Shown here in pieces: positions 6,649-15,559 of a DNA stretch of 25,406 bases. The DNA comes from Mucilaginibacter gynuensis (GTDB lineage: Bacteria; Bacteroidota; Bacteroidia; Sphingobacteriales; Sphingobacteriaceae): NCBI RefSeq assembly GCF_039541195.1, contig NZ_BAABFT010000031.1, positions 1 through 25,406 on the forward strand, read 5' to 3'. The stretch's first letter is position 1. The number at the start of each line of letters is the position of its first letter. The notes beneath the pieces are model-generated. The model was not told where the DNA came from. It worked only from the letters and a program-made list of their open reading frames with translations, and ran no database searches. A program made the translations under genes and the position numbers.

Positions 6649-8250
6649 ATGGATGCTAATTGTATCAGCTATAAGGATACCGGGTATTTTTCCCAAACCG
6701 TTATTGATTACCTGGATGACGCGCCGGAACTGAGGGCTTTTTACAGCCACCGGCCGGACATGAAAGGCTTTGAGGCTTTGCTGCAAAACAAAAAAGTAGC
6801 AGCAAACCGCGATGTTTTGGCACAGGTACTGCACGATCAATATTTTAAAGGTGCCGAGCCAACCACTCAATATTCGGGTTTGGTGCAGCAAAATATTGAA
6901 CTGCTAAAACAAGCCGACACTTACACTATTACAACCGGTCACCAGCTTAATATTTTCGCGGGGCCGTTGTATTTCCTTTATAAAATAGTTACCGCCATTA
7001 AACTGGCGCGTCAGCTAAAAGCCCAATTCCCCGATAAAGATTTTGTACCGATATACTGGATGGCCTCTGAGGACCATGATTTTGCCGAAATAAATTACAC
7101 CAACATCGGCGGTAAAAAGGTACACTGGTGGTACGAGGCATCGGGCGCTACAGGGCGTATTAATCCCGATACTATTCGCCAGGCGCTTAACCAGTACAAA
7201 GGCGTTTTAGGCATGGAGGGCAATGCCCCCGAACTCGCCGAAATTGTAGAAACCACCTATACCAAGTTTGATAAACTGGCTGATGCTACCCGTTATTTGG
7301 TAGACGCGCTGTTTGGTCAATACGGGTTGGTGATCATTGATGCCGACGATCATCGTTTTAAGCAGCATTTCGCCCCTATCATCGAGCGTGATATTATCGA
7401 GCAAAACAGCTTTAAAAACATTACCGAAACCAACGCCAAACTGCATCAGTTAGGTGTGCATATACAGGTTAATCCGCGGGAGATCAATTTCTTTTATTTG
7501 CTGGATGGCCTGCGCGAACGTATCGTATTTGAGAACGACAGCTACAATGTGCTCAATACCGAGATCAGCTTTACCGAAGCAGAACTGAAACAGGAAATCG
7601 GCACTTATCCCGAAAGGTTTAGCCCCAACGTGGTGATGCGTCCACTGTACCAGGAATGTATTTTACCAAACATTGCCTACGTAGGCGGTGGCGCCGAAGT
7701 GGTGTACTGGCTGGAGCTGAAATCGAATTTCGACCTGTATAATGTTGATTTCCCTATTCTGATCTTGCGCAACTCCGGCTTGGTGATCCCTAAAGATTAC
7801 GCGGCCAAAATAAAACGCATGGAGATTAAACCGGCCGATCTGTTTAAAACTACCGACGAGATAAAAAATCTGTGGGTAAAAAAGAACAGTCAGCATAACC
7901 TTACCTTAAAAGAGGAATGGCGCGAACTGCAAGCCGTTTTCGAAAAGATAAAACTAAGAGCTTATAAGATTGACAGCACCCTCGCACCTTCTGCCGAGGC
8001 GGTGAAGGTACGTTTGGAGCACGCCATTGGTAACCTTGAAAAGAAACTGGTAAAGGCCGAAAAGAAGAACTATCCAACCCGGTTGGAGCAAATTGAGCAG
8101 ATAAAAGCCGCCCTGTTCCCTAAAGATAGCTTGCAGGAACGCAGTGAGAACTTCGGTTTGTTCTATGTTAAATGGGGACAATCATTCATAGATGAACTGA
8201 TCAATAATTTTGAACCGCTCGATTTTAAGTTCACCGTGTTATCTGAATAA
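6649..8250 (+). CDS. bshC: bacillithiol biosynthesis cysteine-adding enzyme BshC
   Basis: 533 aa. Blocks GHQLNIFAGPLYFLYKI...PIYWMASEDHDFAEINY and YPERFSPNVVMRPLYQE..LPNIAYVGGGAEVVYWLELK align with the B. subtilis YllA/BshC sequence as I remember it. Confidence 0.88.
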   Translation: MDANCISYKDTGYFSQTVIDYLDDAPELRAFYSHRPDMKGFEALLQNKKVAANRDVLAQVLHDQYFKGAEPTTQYSGLVQQNIELLKQADTYTITTGHQLNIFAGPLYFLYKIVTAIKLARQLKAQFPDKDFVPIYWMASEDHDFAEINYTNIGGKKVHWWYEASGATGRINPDTIRQALNQYKGVLGMEGNAPELAEIVETTYTKFDKLADATRYLVDALFGQYGLVIIDADDHRFKQHFAPIIERDIIEQNSFKNITETNAKLHQLGVHIQVNPREINFFYLLDGLRERIVFENDSYNVLNTEISFTEAELKQEIGTYPERFSPNVVMRPLYQECILPNIAYVGGGAEVVYWLELKSNFDLYNVDFPILILRNSGLVIPKDYAAKIKRMEIKPADLFKTTDEIKNLWVKKNSQHNLTLKEEWRELQAVFEKIKLRAYKIDSTLAPSAEAVKVRLEHAIGNLEKKLVKAEKKNYPTRLEQIEQIKAALFPKDSLQERSENFGLFYVKWGQSFIDELINNFEPLDFKFTVLSE

Positions 8251-8252
8251 CG

Positions 8253-8789
8253 ATGGCGTTTAAATCAACCATCCTTATTGTACCCGGCTTAGGCAATTCG
8301 GGGCCGCAGCATTGGCAAAGCATCTGGCAGCAACAATATAATTTCACCCGTGTAGAACAGCAGGATTGGGAAACACCCGTTCGTGCCGATTGGGTTGAAA
8401 CGCTTAACAATGCCGTAAGCCAGCACAATCCTCAGGATGTGATATTGGTAGGCCATAGCTTAGCTTGTACCACTATAGCCTATTGGGCACAAAAGTTCAA
8501 CATTAAAATAAAGGGCGCTTTGCTGGTAGCTCCAAGCGATACCGAAGCAGATACTTATCCTTCCGGCACCACAGGTTTTTCGCCTGTTCCCTTAATTAAG
8601 CTGCCATTCAAATCAATAGTAGTTACCAGTACCGATGATTATTACGTAAATTTTGAAAGGGCCATGCTCTTCGCCGATGCCTGGGGAAGCGAGCTTGTAA
8701 ATATTGGCGAAGCAGGCCACATCAACGTAAGCTCCGGGTTTGGCCATTGGCAAGAAGGCATAGAATTATTAAAGCGATTGGATCAATAG
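8253..8789 (+). CDS. RBBP9/YdeN-family alpha/beta serine hydrolase
   Basis: 178 aa. Has ILIVPGLGNSGPQHWQ, the nucleophile elbow GHSLA and a C-terminal GHIN, matching the Ser_hydrolase (COG3545) pattern. The ATG is 2 nt after the bshC stop. Confidence 0.8.
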   Translation: MAFKSTILIVPGLGNSGPQHWQSIWQQQYNFTRVEQQDWETPVRADWVETLNNAVSQHNPQDVILVGHSLACTTIAYWAQKFNIKIKGALLVAPSDTEADTYPSGTTGFSPVPLIKLPFKSIVVTSTDDYYVNFERAMLFADAWGSELVNIGEAGHINVSSGFGHWQEGIELLKRLDQ

Positions 8790-8821
8790 CAGATCAGCCT
8801 ATTGTTAAAACAACACCCGAT

Positions 8822-9142
8822 TTACTTATCAATCAGCATATAAACTTCGCGCATGTAGAGGGCTTCGTCCATTGCCTGCCTGAAGCTGTGCCACTCATCA
8901 ACACTAAAGGTAAAATTGATATCTCGGTTGGGTGTGCGTAATATGATGCGCTCAGTACCATCGGGGAAAGGGTAAGTTAGCTCTTCGTAATCTACCTCTT
9001 CGGTAAAATTACGGAAGGCCTCAAACTGGTCGTACTCAAAGCTTAACATCAGATTATGATGCCATATATAAATCACCGAGCAACATTTGCAATAACTTAT
9101 TACCGCCGAAGCTTTTTTACTTAAAACTATCGTTTCGCACAT
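8822..9142 (-). CDS. hypothetical protein with an N-terminal Cys cluster (C2, C18, C20, C21)
   Basis: 106-aa ORF with no family I can name confidently. Convergent with the hydrolase and divergent from the AT-rich membrane ORF. Confidence 0.45.
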   Translation of the reverse strand: MCETIVLSKKASAVISYCKCCSVIYIWHHNLMLSFEYDQFEAFRNFTEEVDYEELTYPFPDGTERIILRTPNRDINFTFSVDEWHSFRQAMDEALYMREVYMLIDK

Positions 9143-9271
9143 AATATTTATTTAGACCAATTATAAATAACAAAGATATTATCTATTTTTATAAATCAAA
9201 GGGATTTGTAAGAAATTGTTCTTCTTCAGGATCGAGGTTCGGGGTTTGAGGTTCCGGTATGGGTGGATGCT

Positions 9272-9301
9272 GTCGCGAGTTAGTATAGCGTAACTCGTGA
9301 C
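9272..9301. other. 11-bp stem hairpin in the divergent intergenic region
   Basis: GTCGCGAGTTA (9272-9282) pairs with TAACTCGTGAC (9291-9301) with one G.T pair and an 8-nt loop. It is preceded by the direct repeat GAGGTTC-N7-GAGGTTC. Confidence 0.4.
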
Positions 9302-9389
9302 TTATACATGGCGTAGTACCTTTCAGTTACAAAAAGATAGTCCTTATTACTTTATAATATTTGCCACTAAAACGCTTTATATTTATATT

Positions 9390-9878
9390 ATGGAACTTAA
9401 CGCCATAAAAACATATACCAGCGGTGTACTGATTTCTCCATATCCCAAACTGGTAATAATGGTGGTTACATTATTTTCAACTTTCGCTTTTATCAGTATT
9501 ATTGGCGCTTTGATATTATTAGTGCCAATGGCATTTTACATTATTAATCAAACAATAAATTATAGCTTAAAACATATAGATATAGATTTTTTAAGGAACA
9601 CGATTACATTTAATTCCGTTAACTTTTGGGGAGTACAACAAAAAGAAATTGTTAATGCTTCCGATCTTAGTTTTACTTACCGCAAACGGGATGTTCGCCG
9701 GATGCCGCATACAAGGAATGAATGTTGCATCTACAGTAACAATAAAACATACGCCGAATTATTGCCGGGCACTGAAGGATGGGAAGATGAACAAGTACGT
9801 CTAATCTGTACAGATTTGCAACAACTAAACTTAAAACGTCAAATTGATAAATACAGCGACAGGGAAGTTTATCTGTAA
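9390..9878 (+). CDS. hypothetical membrane protein (two N-terminal TM segments), AT-rich orphan
   Basis: The ATG 9390 form (MELNAIKTYTSGVLISPYPKLVIMVVTLFSTFAFISIIGALILLVPMAFYIINQ...) has two hydrophobic spans followed by a ~100-aa soluble tail. It is visibly more AT-rich than flanking genes. The track start at 9297 is a non-ATG extension. Confidence 0.5.
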   Translation: MELNAIKTYTSGVLISPYPKLVIMVVTLFSTFAFISIIGALILLVPMAFYIINQTINYSLKHIDIDFLRNTITFNSVNFWGVQQKEIVNASDLSFTYRKRDVRRMPHTRNECCIYSNNKTYAELLPGTEGWEDEQVRLICTDLQQLNLKRQIDKYSDREVYL

Positions 9879-9879
9879 T

Positions 9880-10353
9880 CTCAATAAGCCAATATCCTTT
9901 CTTTTATTTTGCGGCGAATCCCATTAGGCAGTAAACTTTCAACATATCTAACAAGCCCTACTTATTGCAGAGCGGCGGGACGCCGCGTAATAGCAGTCAC
10001 TCGAACGGAGCCGGAGCGACTGAGAGGGGGGCTAAAAGTCTTTTCTCCGTCAGACAAACAGCTTCGGCGCAAACGTGCAGAACAGTGGAGGCCATGAGCG
10101 CAAAGGCGGGCATAGCGAACTTGTTGCATGTGGGATGGATATGAGCGGCAGGGCAAAAGTTCCAGCCCTAAGTTCTGCATGGGTTGCAGGGTAGAGGCCG
10201 GTGCGGCATAGAAGCCTTTTTACGGGACAAGCCCTTTTCCATTTGGGCTCAAAAATAATGGCCACTGTGGCCAAGAGCAGACTAACATTCATTACAGCAC
10301 AAGCACAGCCTAAGTAGAGATTGCTTCGTTCCTCGCAATGACGCGATTTTACA
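9880..10353. other. GC-rich non-coding island (unassigned; structured RNA or stacked intergenic repeat elements)
   Basis: Only overlapping R/A/C-rich ORFs on both strands. Several short GC stems are present (e.g. GCGGCG-GGA-CGCCGC, GGCCA-CTG-TGGCC). It ends with GATTGCTTCGTTCCTCGCAATGAC, a hairpin-type element that resembles repeats I recall from Bacteroidota intergenic DNA. Confidence 0.3.
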
Positions 10354-10382
10354 ACAAAAAAAGCCTGCCAATCGACAAGCTT
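10354..10382 (-). terminator. rho-independent terminator of lepB
   Basis: On the minus strand: AAGCUUG-ucgauugg-CAGGCUU (7 bp, one G.U) followed by a U-run (plus-strand A-run 10356-10362), 26 nt after the lepB stop. Confidence 0.6.
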
Positions 10383-10407
10383 TTCAAATACTATATAAGA
10401 GGTAAGA

Positions 10408-11502
10408 TTACTTTACTCCTCTGAACAACCTGCTCCAGCGAATTTTGCTGAAGAAGCTGCCGTTATCATCCCAGCTCATCCATATAAACAAGGCTTTACC
10501 TACAATATGATCTTCCGGAACAAAGCCCCAGTAGCGTGAATCTGCGGAGTCGTGGCGGTTATCGCCCATCATCCAGTAGTAATTCATTTTGAAGGTGTAG
10601 CTGTCGGTCTTTTTACCGTTAATGGTGATCTCATTGCCATTCACTTCTACCTTATTGCCTTCGTATACCTCTATCGCGCGTTTGTAAACGGGGATAGTCA
10701 GGCTATCCAGTTTTACAGTCCAGCCCGTTTTAGGGATGATGATAGGGCCGTAGTTATCCGCATTCCAACCCCAGTGTGCATCCTGTGGAAAAACCGGGTA
10801 ATTTTCGGGTATACCCTTAGGGCGTATTGATGGCACAACGCTTTTAATTCCCGCAGTTGCCTTCACTCCCTGGGCCGATGCAGGCGTCATGGTAGTAGTA
10901 CCATCGCCGTTATAGTCGGATATGTTAAATTGTCTGTTCAGTAAGGGGTTGTAGCTTGTACCGTCGGTGGTTGATATTACATAATCAATTTGCCCTTCCG
11001 GCGGATTTGGCGCTGCTTTACCATTTACATATACCTGCGCGTCAACCACACTTAAAGTATCGCCGGGCGCACCCTGGCAACGTTTAATATAGTTCTCGCG
11101 TTTATCAACCGGGCGGGATAGCGGTGCATCGGCATCCATAGGGTAATTGAATACCACTACATCGCCTTTTTTAACATTGCTGAAACCCGGTAAACGGTAG
11201 TATGGTAATTTAATACCATCCCAGTAAGCCTTGGTGCCGGTTATTGGCATGGTATGGTGCGCAAACGGGAATGCTACAGGCGTCATCGGTAAGCGTGCGC
11301 CATAGTTAACCTTGCTCACAAATAAGAAGTCGCCTACTAATAATGAGCGCTCCATTGATGGGGTTGGTATGGTGTAAGCCTCAATAAACAGGGTGCGTAT
11401 CAGCGTAGCGGCAATAACCGCGAAGATGATGGCATCGGTCCACTCACGGGCGGCACTCTTTTTCTTGGCAGGATTTTTTTTTCTCCAGAATCTCCAGTTC
11501 AT
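10408..11502 (-). CDS. lepB: signal peptidase I
   Basis: 364 aa. Has an N-terminal TM segment, the catalytic Ser box PTPSMERSL, the Lys box YIKRC, and GDNRHDSADSRYWGFV. Confidence 0.95.
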   Translation of the reverse strand: MNWRFWRKKNPAKKKSAAREWTDAIIFAVIAATLIRTLFIEAYTIPTPSMERSLLVGDFLFVSKVNYGARLPMTPVAFPFAHHTMPITGTKAYWDGIKLPYYRLPGFSNVKKGDVVVFNYPMDADAPLSRPVDKRENYIKRCQGAPGDTLSVVDAQVYVNGKAAPNPPEGQIDYVISTTDGTSYNPLLNRQFNISDYNGDGTTTMTPASAQGVKATAGIKSVVPSIRPKGIPENYPVFPQDAHWGWNADNYGPIIIPKTGWTVKLDSLTIPVYKRAIEVYEGNKVEVNGNEITINGKKTDSYTFKMNYYWMMGDNRHDSADSRYWGFVPEDHIVGKALFIWMSWDDNGSFFSKIRWSRLFRGVK

Positions 11503-11525
11503 TATAAATGTATGTTGGCAGCAAA

Positions 11526-12272
11526 TTAAATGCTGAAGTTAAACATATCGGCAACGGTATAAAACCCTTTCTTATCTTTTAACCACTCGGCGGCAAGCAC
11601 GGCGCCCAAAGCAAAACCATTACGGTTATGCGCGGTATGCTTAAACTCTATGGTATCAATCTCCGAATCGTAAATAACGGTATGCGTACCCGGTACGCTC
11701 TCAATACGGTGCGATTCTATCAGCAGTTGGTCGGCGCGCAGGTTGTCTTCCGCAGGGGTATCAGCTATTAAAATATTGGCCCATTCTTTTTTGGTATCAA
11801 TATTATCAATTATGCCTTCGGCAATGGTAATAGCGGTACCGCTCGGCGAATCGAGCTTTTGGGTGTGGTGTATTTCTTCTACCTGCACATCATAGTACGG
11901 GTAATTGTTCATTATTTTGGCAAGCACTTCGTTCACCTTAAAAAAGATGTTTACGCCTACGCTATAGTTAGAGGCATACATCAACGTGTTGTTGCCGGCC
12001 TCGCATTGCACTTTCAATTCGGGAATGTGCTCGTACCACCCTGTAGTACCTATAACGATAGGTACACCCGTGTTAAAGCAATGCTGAATATTAGTTAATA
12101 CTGATGATGGGGTTGAAAATTCAATAACGGCATCTGCCTTTTGAAGGTTTTCGGTAGTAAGCTCGTGCTGGTTGTTGTAATCTATTTTAAGTACAATTTC
12201 ATGCTTACGGTCAAGGGCTACCTTTTCAATGCTCTTACCCATTTTACCGTAACCTAATAATGCAATTTTCAT
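11526..12272 (-). CDS. dapB: 4-hydroxy-tetrahydrodipicolinate reductase
   Basis: 248 aa with the N-terminal Rossmann motif MKIALLGYGKMGK and the EIHHTQKLDSPSGTA signature. Confidence 0.93.
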   Translation of the reverse strand: MKIALLGYGKMGKSIEKVALDRKHEIVLKIDYNNQHELTTENLQKADAVIEFSTPSSVLTNIQHCFNTGVPIVIGTTGWYEHIPELKVQCEAGNNTLMYASNYSVGVNIFFKVNEVLAKIMNNYPYYDVQVEEIHHTQKLDSPSGTAITIAEGIIDNIDTKKEWANILIADTPAEDNLRADQLLIESHRIESVPGTHTVIYDSEIDTIEFKHTAHNRNGFALGAVLAAEWLKDKKGFYTVADMFNFSI

Positions 12273-12316
12273 CAGAATATATTTTTGTGCAAGTTATTGA
12301 TAATACTGAGATATTA

Positions 12317-13033
12317 TCAAAACGTAAAGGTAAGTTTTATGCCCGGGATATAAGTACTGTTAATATTACTGGCGTACATGGGCTGGTTTATCAAACCGGG
12401 GGTTATACGTATGGACAAATCTTCATCCATGGTATACGAGTGCATAAACTTGGCATCAATATAAGCATCAACCATTTGTATACCCCAGGCACCTAAAATA
12501 CCCAGTATACTTAAATCGCGGTTACGCCTGTAGCCATCTACATAGCTCTCAATATTTGTTTGGGTGATAGATGAGTAATCCTGATAGGCCTGGTAGTATT
12601 TATCACCCGGATTAGGTGCTTCTCCCCTACGCCTGTATTTGGCCACGGCCAAAAACTCCGAATAGTACTTTTGATTGAATATCACTGCCGAACCTAACAA
12701 CCCCAGGCCGGTATATACGATAGGCACTTTCCACCATTTACGGTTATAGGCCTGCCCCCAGCCAGGTACCATTAGCGAACGCATTACCGCCTTGTGCGGA
12801 CTATGCGTGCTATCCGGGTGATATTTGCTTTTAGTGGGTTCCTGCGGTTTAAACGCTACTGATGGCTTGGTTTCCTTTTTGGGCTTTTCGCTTTTCTTAC
12901 CGGTATCTGCCTTTTTTGCGGGCACGGTATCGGCAGCAGCCTTTTCCGAAACAGCGGTGCTATCGGTAGTTTGCGCTTTCGCGGCAAAACCGGCTACGGT
13001 TAATAAAAAAATTATCAGCAGGTGTTTAAGCAT
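12317..13033 (-). CDS. DUF5683 domain-containing protein (signal peptide, K/P/T-rich linker)
   Basis: MLKHLLIIFLLTVAGFAAKAQ signal peptide, then SLMVPGWGQAYNRKWWKVPIVY. It holds the conserved position between parB and dapB. The ATG at 13033 lies 2 nt after the parB stop; the track's 13042 start is TTG. Confidence 0.75.
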   Translation of the reverse strand: MLKHLLIIFLLTVAGFAAKAQTTDSTAVSEKAAADTVPAKKADTGKKSEKPKKETKPSVAFKPQEPTKSKYHPDSTHSPHKAVMRSLMVPGWGQAYNRKWWKVPIVYTGLGLLGSAVIFNQKYYSEFLAVAKYRRRGEAPNPGDKYYQAYQDYSSITQTNIESYVDGYRRNRDLSILGILGAWGIQMVDAYIDAKFMHSYTMDEDLSIRITPGLINQPMYASNINSTYIPGIKLTFTF

Positions 13034-13035
13034 TT

Positions 13036-13944
13036 TTACCAATCCAGCATTTCAAGTATCCGGTTCAGGTCATCTTCTGATAAAAATGGTATCTCGATGC
13101 TTCCTTTACCTTGTGGGTTTACCTTAAGTTTAACTTGTGTGCTAAACTTTGAGGCCAGTTCGTCCTGTATTTTTTGTACCTGGAAGGATAGTGGCTCGGG
13201 TTGTTTACCCTCTTTTTTCACAGTGTTACGCTGCATATCCCTCACCATTTCTTCCGCTTTACGAACGGATAAATCGTGCTGGATAATATACTGATGAAAA
13301 AATATTTGTTTTGCCGGATCGTCAACGCCTATCAATGCCTTCGCATGCCCCATGGTAATTACCCCATCGCGCAGCGATGCCTGTATAGCAGGCGGCAACT
13401 TTAGCAAACGCAGGTAGTTGGTAACGGTAGAGCGGTTTTTGCTCACGCGTTCGCCCAGCTCTTCCTGCTTCAGGCTGCACTCGTCAATCATCCGCTGAAA
13501 GCTCAGGGCTACCTCAATAGCGTTCAGGTTTTCGCGCTGAATGTTTTCAATAAGCGCCATTTCCAGCATTTGCTGGTCGTTAGCGGTACGTATATAGGCC
13601 GGTATATCCTTTAGGCCAGCCATTTTTGAGGCGCGCAAACGGCGCTCGCCCGATATAAGCTGGTAATGGTTATTATTTACCTTACGTACGGTGATAGGCT
13701 GTATCAGCCCCTGTTTTTTTATCGAATCTGATAGTTCGGCCAATGCCTGCTCATCAAACTCGGTACGTGGCTGAAAGGGGTTAACCTCAATCTGCTCAAT
13801 CTTTATCTCGTTAACCGAACCCAGGTCGTTTACCTCGGGCTGCTGCGAAGCTTGTGTATTCTTATTATAAGGCAGTACATCAACAGAATCGTTTAACAGT
13901 GCACCTAATCCTTTACCCAGGGCTTTTCTTTTCTCTGCACTCAT
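13036..13944 (-). CDS. parB: chromosome partitioning protein ParB
   Basis: 302 aa with GLGALL, the ParB box LIENIQRENLN, and an HTH region. It sits directly downstream of parA. Confidence 0.95.
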   Translation of the reverse strand: MSAEKRKALGKGLGALLNDSVDVLPYNKNTQASQQPEVNDLGSVNEIKIEQIEVNPFQPRTEFDEQALAELSDSIKKQGLIQPITVRKVNNNHYQLISGERRLRASKMAGLKDIPAYIRTANDQQMLEMALIENIQRENLNAIEVALSFQRMIDECSLKQEELGERVSKNRSTVTNYLRLLKLPPAIQASLRDGVITMGHAKALIGVDDPAKQIFFHQYIIQHDLSVRKAEEMVRDMQRNTVKKEGKQPEPLSFQVQKIQDELASKFSTQVKLKVNPQGKGSIEIPFLSEDDLNRILEMLDW

Positions 13945-13947
13945 TTA

Positions 13948-14751
13948 TTATACTGTTGCTGTAGTTTGCGCTAATTCGCTTTTTACTAATCCGTTCTTAT
14001 TGATGATTTCGCGTGCCAGGTTCAAATAATTGATAGCGCCTTTACAATTAGCATCGTGCATAATTACCGATACGCCAAAGCTTGGCGCTTCGCTTAAACG
14101 GGTGTTACGCTGTATAATGGTATCAAAAACCATATCCTCAAAATGCGTGCGCACCTCTTCAACCACCTGGTTGGATAGGCGAAGCCTTACATCGTACATG
14201 GTTAATAATATACCCTCAATAGCCAGCGTAGTATTCAGGCGCGATTGTACAATTTTTATGGTGTTCAGCAATTTACCTAAACCCTCTAACGCGAAATACT
14301 CGCACTGTACCGGTATAATTACCGAATCGGCAGCGGTAAGGGCGTTAATGGTGATCAAACCCAGTGATGGCGAGCAATCGATGATGATAAAATCGTACTC
14401 ATCTTTAACGCTCTCCAATACCTGCTTCATTTTATACTCGCGGCCGCTCAGGTTGATCATCTCAATTTCGGCACCTACCAGGTCGATATGCGCCGGTAAA
14501 AGATCTAAATTAGGGGTATCGGTTTTTTGGATAGCCTCATGCGGGTCTATCTGGTTAATGATACACTCGTATATGCTATTCTTTATATTACGCGGATCAA
14601 AACCTATACCCGAGGTTGAATTTGCCTGGGGATCGGCATCAACCAATAATGTTTTATATTCTAATACGGCTAAACTTGCAGCCAAATTAATTGATGATGT
14701 AGTTTTACCCACGCCACCCTTTTGATTGGCCAGTGCAATAATTTTACTCAT
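13948..14751 (-). CDS. parA: chromosome partitioning ATPase ParA/Soj
   Basis: 267 aa with the deviant Walker A NQKGGVGKTT and DCSPSLG. Confidence 0.95.
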   Translation of the reverse strand: MSKIIALANQKGGVGKTTSSINLAASLAVLEYKTLLVDADPQANSTSGIGFDPRNIKNSIYECIINQIDPHEAIQKTDTPNLDLLPAHIDLVGAEIEMINLSGREYKMKQVLESVKDEYDFIIIDCSPSLGLITINALTAADSVIIPVQCEYFALEGLGKLLNTIKIVQSRLNTTLAIEGILLTMYDVRLRLSNQVVEEVRTHFEDMVFDTIIQRNTRLSEAPSFGVSVIMHDANCKGAINYLNLAREIINKNGLVKSELAQTTATV

Positions 14752-15036
14752 TCTATATATTTATTTTATCACAGACTTATAATAACGAAGAATAGGCTCA
14801 GAAATTTCTACCTTCGTACGGTTTTTTACCGGACGCTAAGATACGCAATAAAATTGTACCGAAATCCACAGTAAATGCCAACTTACAAACAATAATTACC
14901 TGCTTGGGTTAGCTATTGATTTGCTGAATGAATGAATTACCCGGATGTGAGTTCCACACTTACGATAACCATATCAACGTTTAAATTTATTCAGTCACGT
15001 TATCAATGCGGCAGTAATTCAATAATTTAAAAGCAA

Positions 15037-15558
15037 ATGGTTACCATCATATCATCAACCAACCGGCCGGGCAGTTCAACGCTTAAAGTGGCAAAATACC
15101 TGCAAAAAAGGTTAAGCGCCAAAGGTACCGAAGCCGGGATCTTATCACTGGCCGATCTGCCTTGTTCCATCTCCGTTACCGACCTTTACGGGCAGCGCAG
15201 CGAGGAGTTTAAACCGATACAGGAAATGATCACCAAAACCGATAAATTTTTGTTTGTGATACCCGAGTATAACGGCAGTTTCCCCGGCATATTGAAGATA
15301 TTTATTGATGCCTGCGATTTTCCGGATAGCTTTTACGAAAAGAAGGCCGCGCTGGTAGGTATATCATCGGGCAAGTATGGCAACATTCGCGGTATCGACC
15401 ATTTTACAGGCGTGTGCCACTACTTGCACCTGAATGTGATGCCGCTGAAAATTCATATCTCGGCCATTAAAAAAGAACTGAATGCCGACGGTGATTTCTT
15501 TGAGACCGATACCGTTCGCTTTACCGAAGAGCAACTGGATAAATTCATTAAATTTTAA
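15037..15558 (+). CDS. NAD(P)H-dependent FMN reductase family oxidoreductase
   Basis: 173 aa. Flavodoxin-like pattern: SSTNRPGSSTLKVA, IPEYNGSFPG. Confidence 0.8.
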   Translation: MVTIISSTNRPGSSTLKVAKYLQKRLSAKGTEAGILSLADLPCSISVTDLYGQRSEEFKPIQEMITKTDKFLFVIPEYNGSFPGILKIFIDACDFPDSFYEKKAALVGISSGKYGNIRGIDHFTGVCHYLHLNVMPLKIHISAIKKELNADGDFFETDTVRFTEEQLDKFIKF

Positions 15559-15559
15559 G

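Noticed and set aside
6307-6891. 194-aa minus-strand ORF spanning the rimO 3' end and bshC 5' end
   Set aside because: It overlaps two confidently identified plus-strand genes and has no recognisable domain.
8747-8941. ORF 8747-8941 (+) bridging the hydrolase 3' end and the hypothetical minus-strand gene
   Set aside because: It overlaps both neighbours, is only 64 aa and has no motifs. The minus-strand 106-aa ORF is the better explanation of the region.
9909-10292. Three overlapping ORFs in the GC-rich island as real genes
   Set aside because: They are mutually overlapping on both strands, have non-ATG or context-less starts, an Arg/Ala/Cys-rich composition and no motifs. They are better treated as non-coding.
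9880-10353. tRNA, tmRNA, RNase P RNA, SRP RNA or cobalamin riboswitch in the GC-rich island
   Set aside because: No T-arm GTTCGAATC-type loop with matching stems was found, and no GGGG...CCACCA tmRNA ends. There is no GAGGAAAGTCC / ACAGAA..CGGCTTA P4 pair and no SRP GGAA/AGCA domain. GCCACTG occurs only as part of a simple GGCCA-CTG-TGGCC hairpin. This was checked by eye only, so a covariance-model scan is still warranted.
14030-14725. 231-aa plus-strand ORF antisense to parA
   Set aside because: It is entirely contained in parA on the opposite strand. It is a Ser/Ile-rich shadow frame with no start context.
14752-15036. oriC or DnaA-box cluster upstream of parA
   Set aside because: Only two weak DnaA-box-like 9-mers are present (AAATCCACA, AGTTCCACA; 7/9 and 6/9 matches to TTATCCACA). 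There is no AT-rich unwinding repeat set and dnaA is not nearby, so the evidence is insufficient.
12317-15036. parS site (TGTTNCACGTGAAACA-type) in or near parAB
   Set aside because: I did not find a CACGTG-centred palindrome in this region on visual scanning. Its absence cannot be asserted without a pattern search, so no feature is reported.
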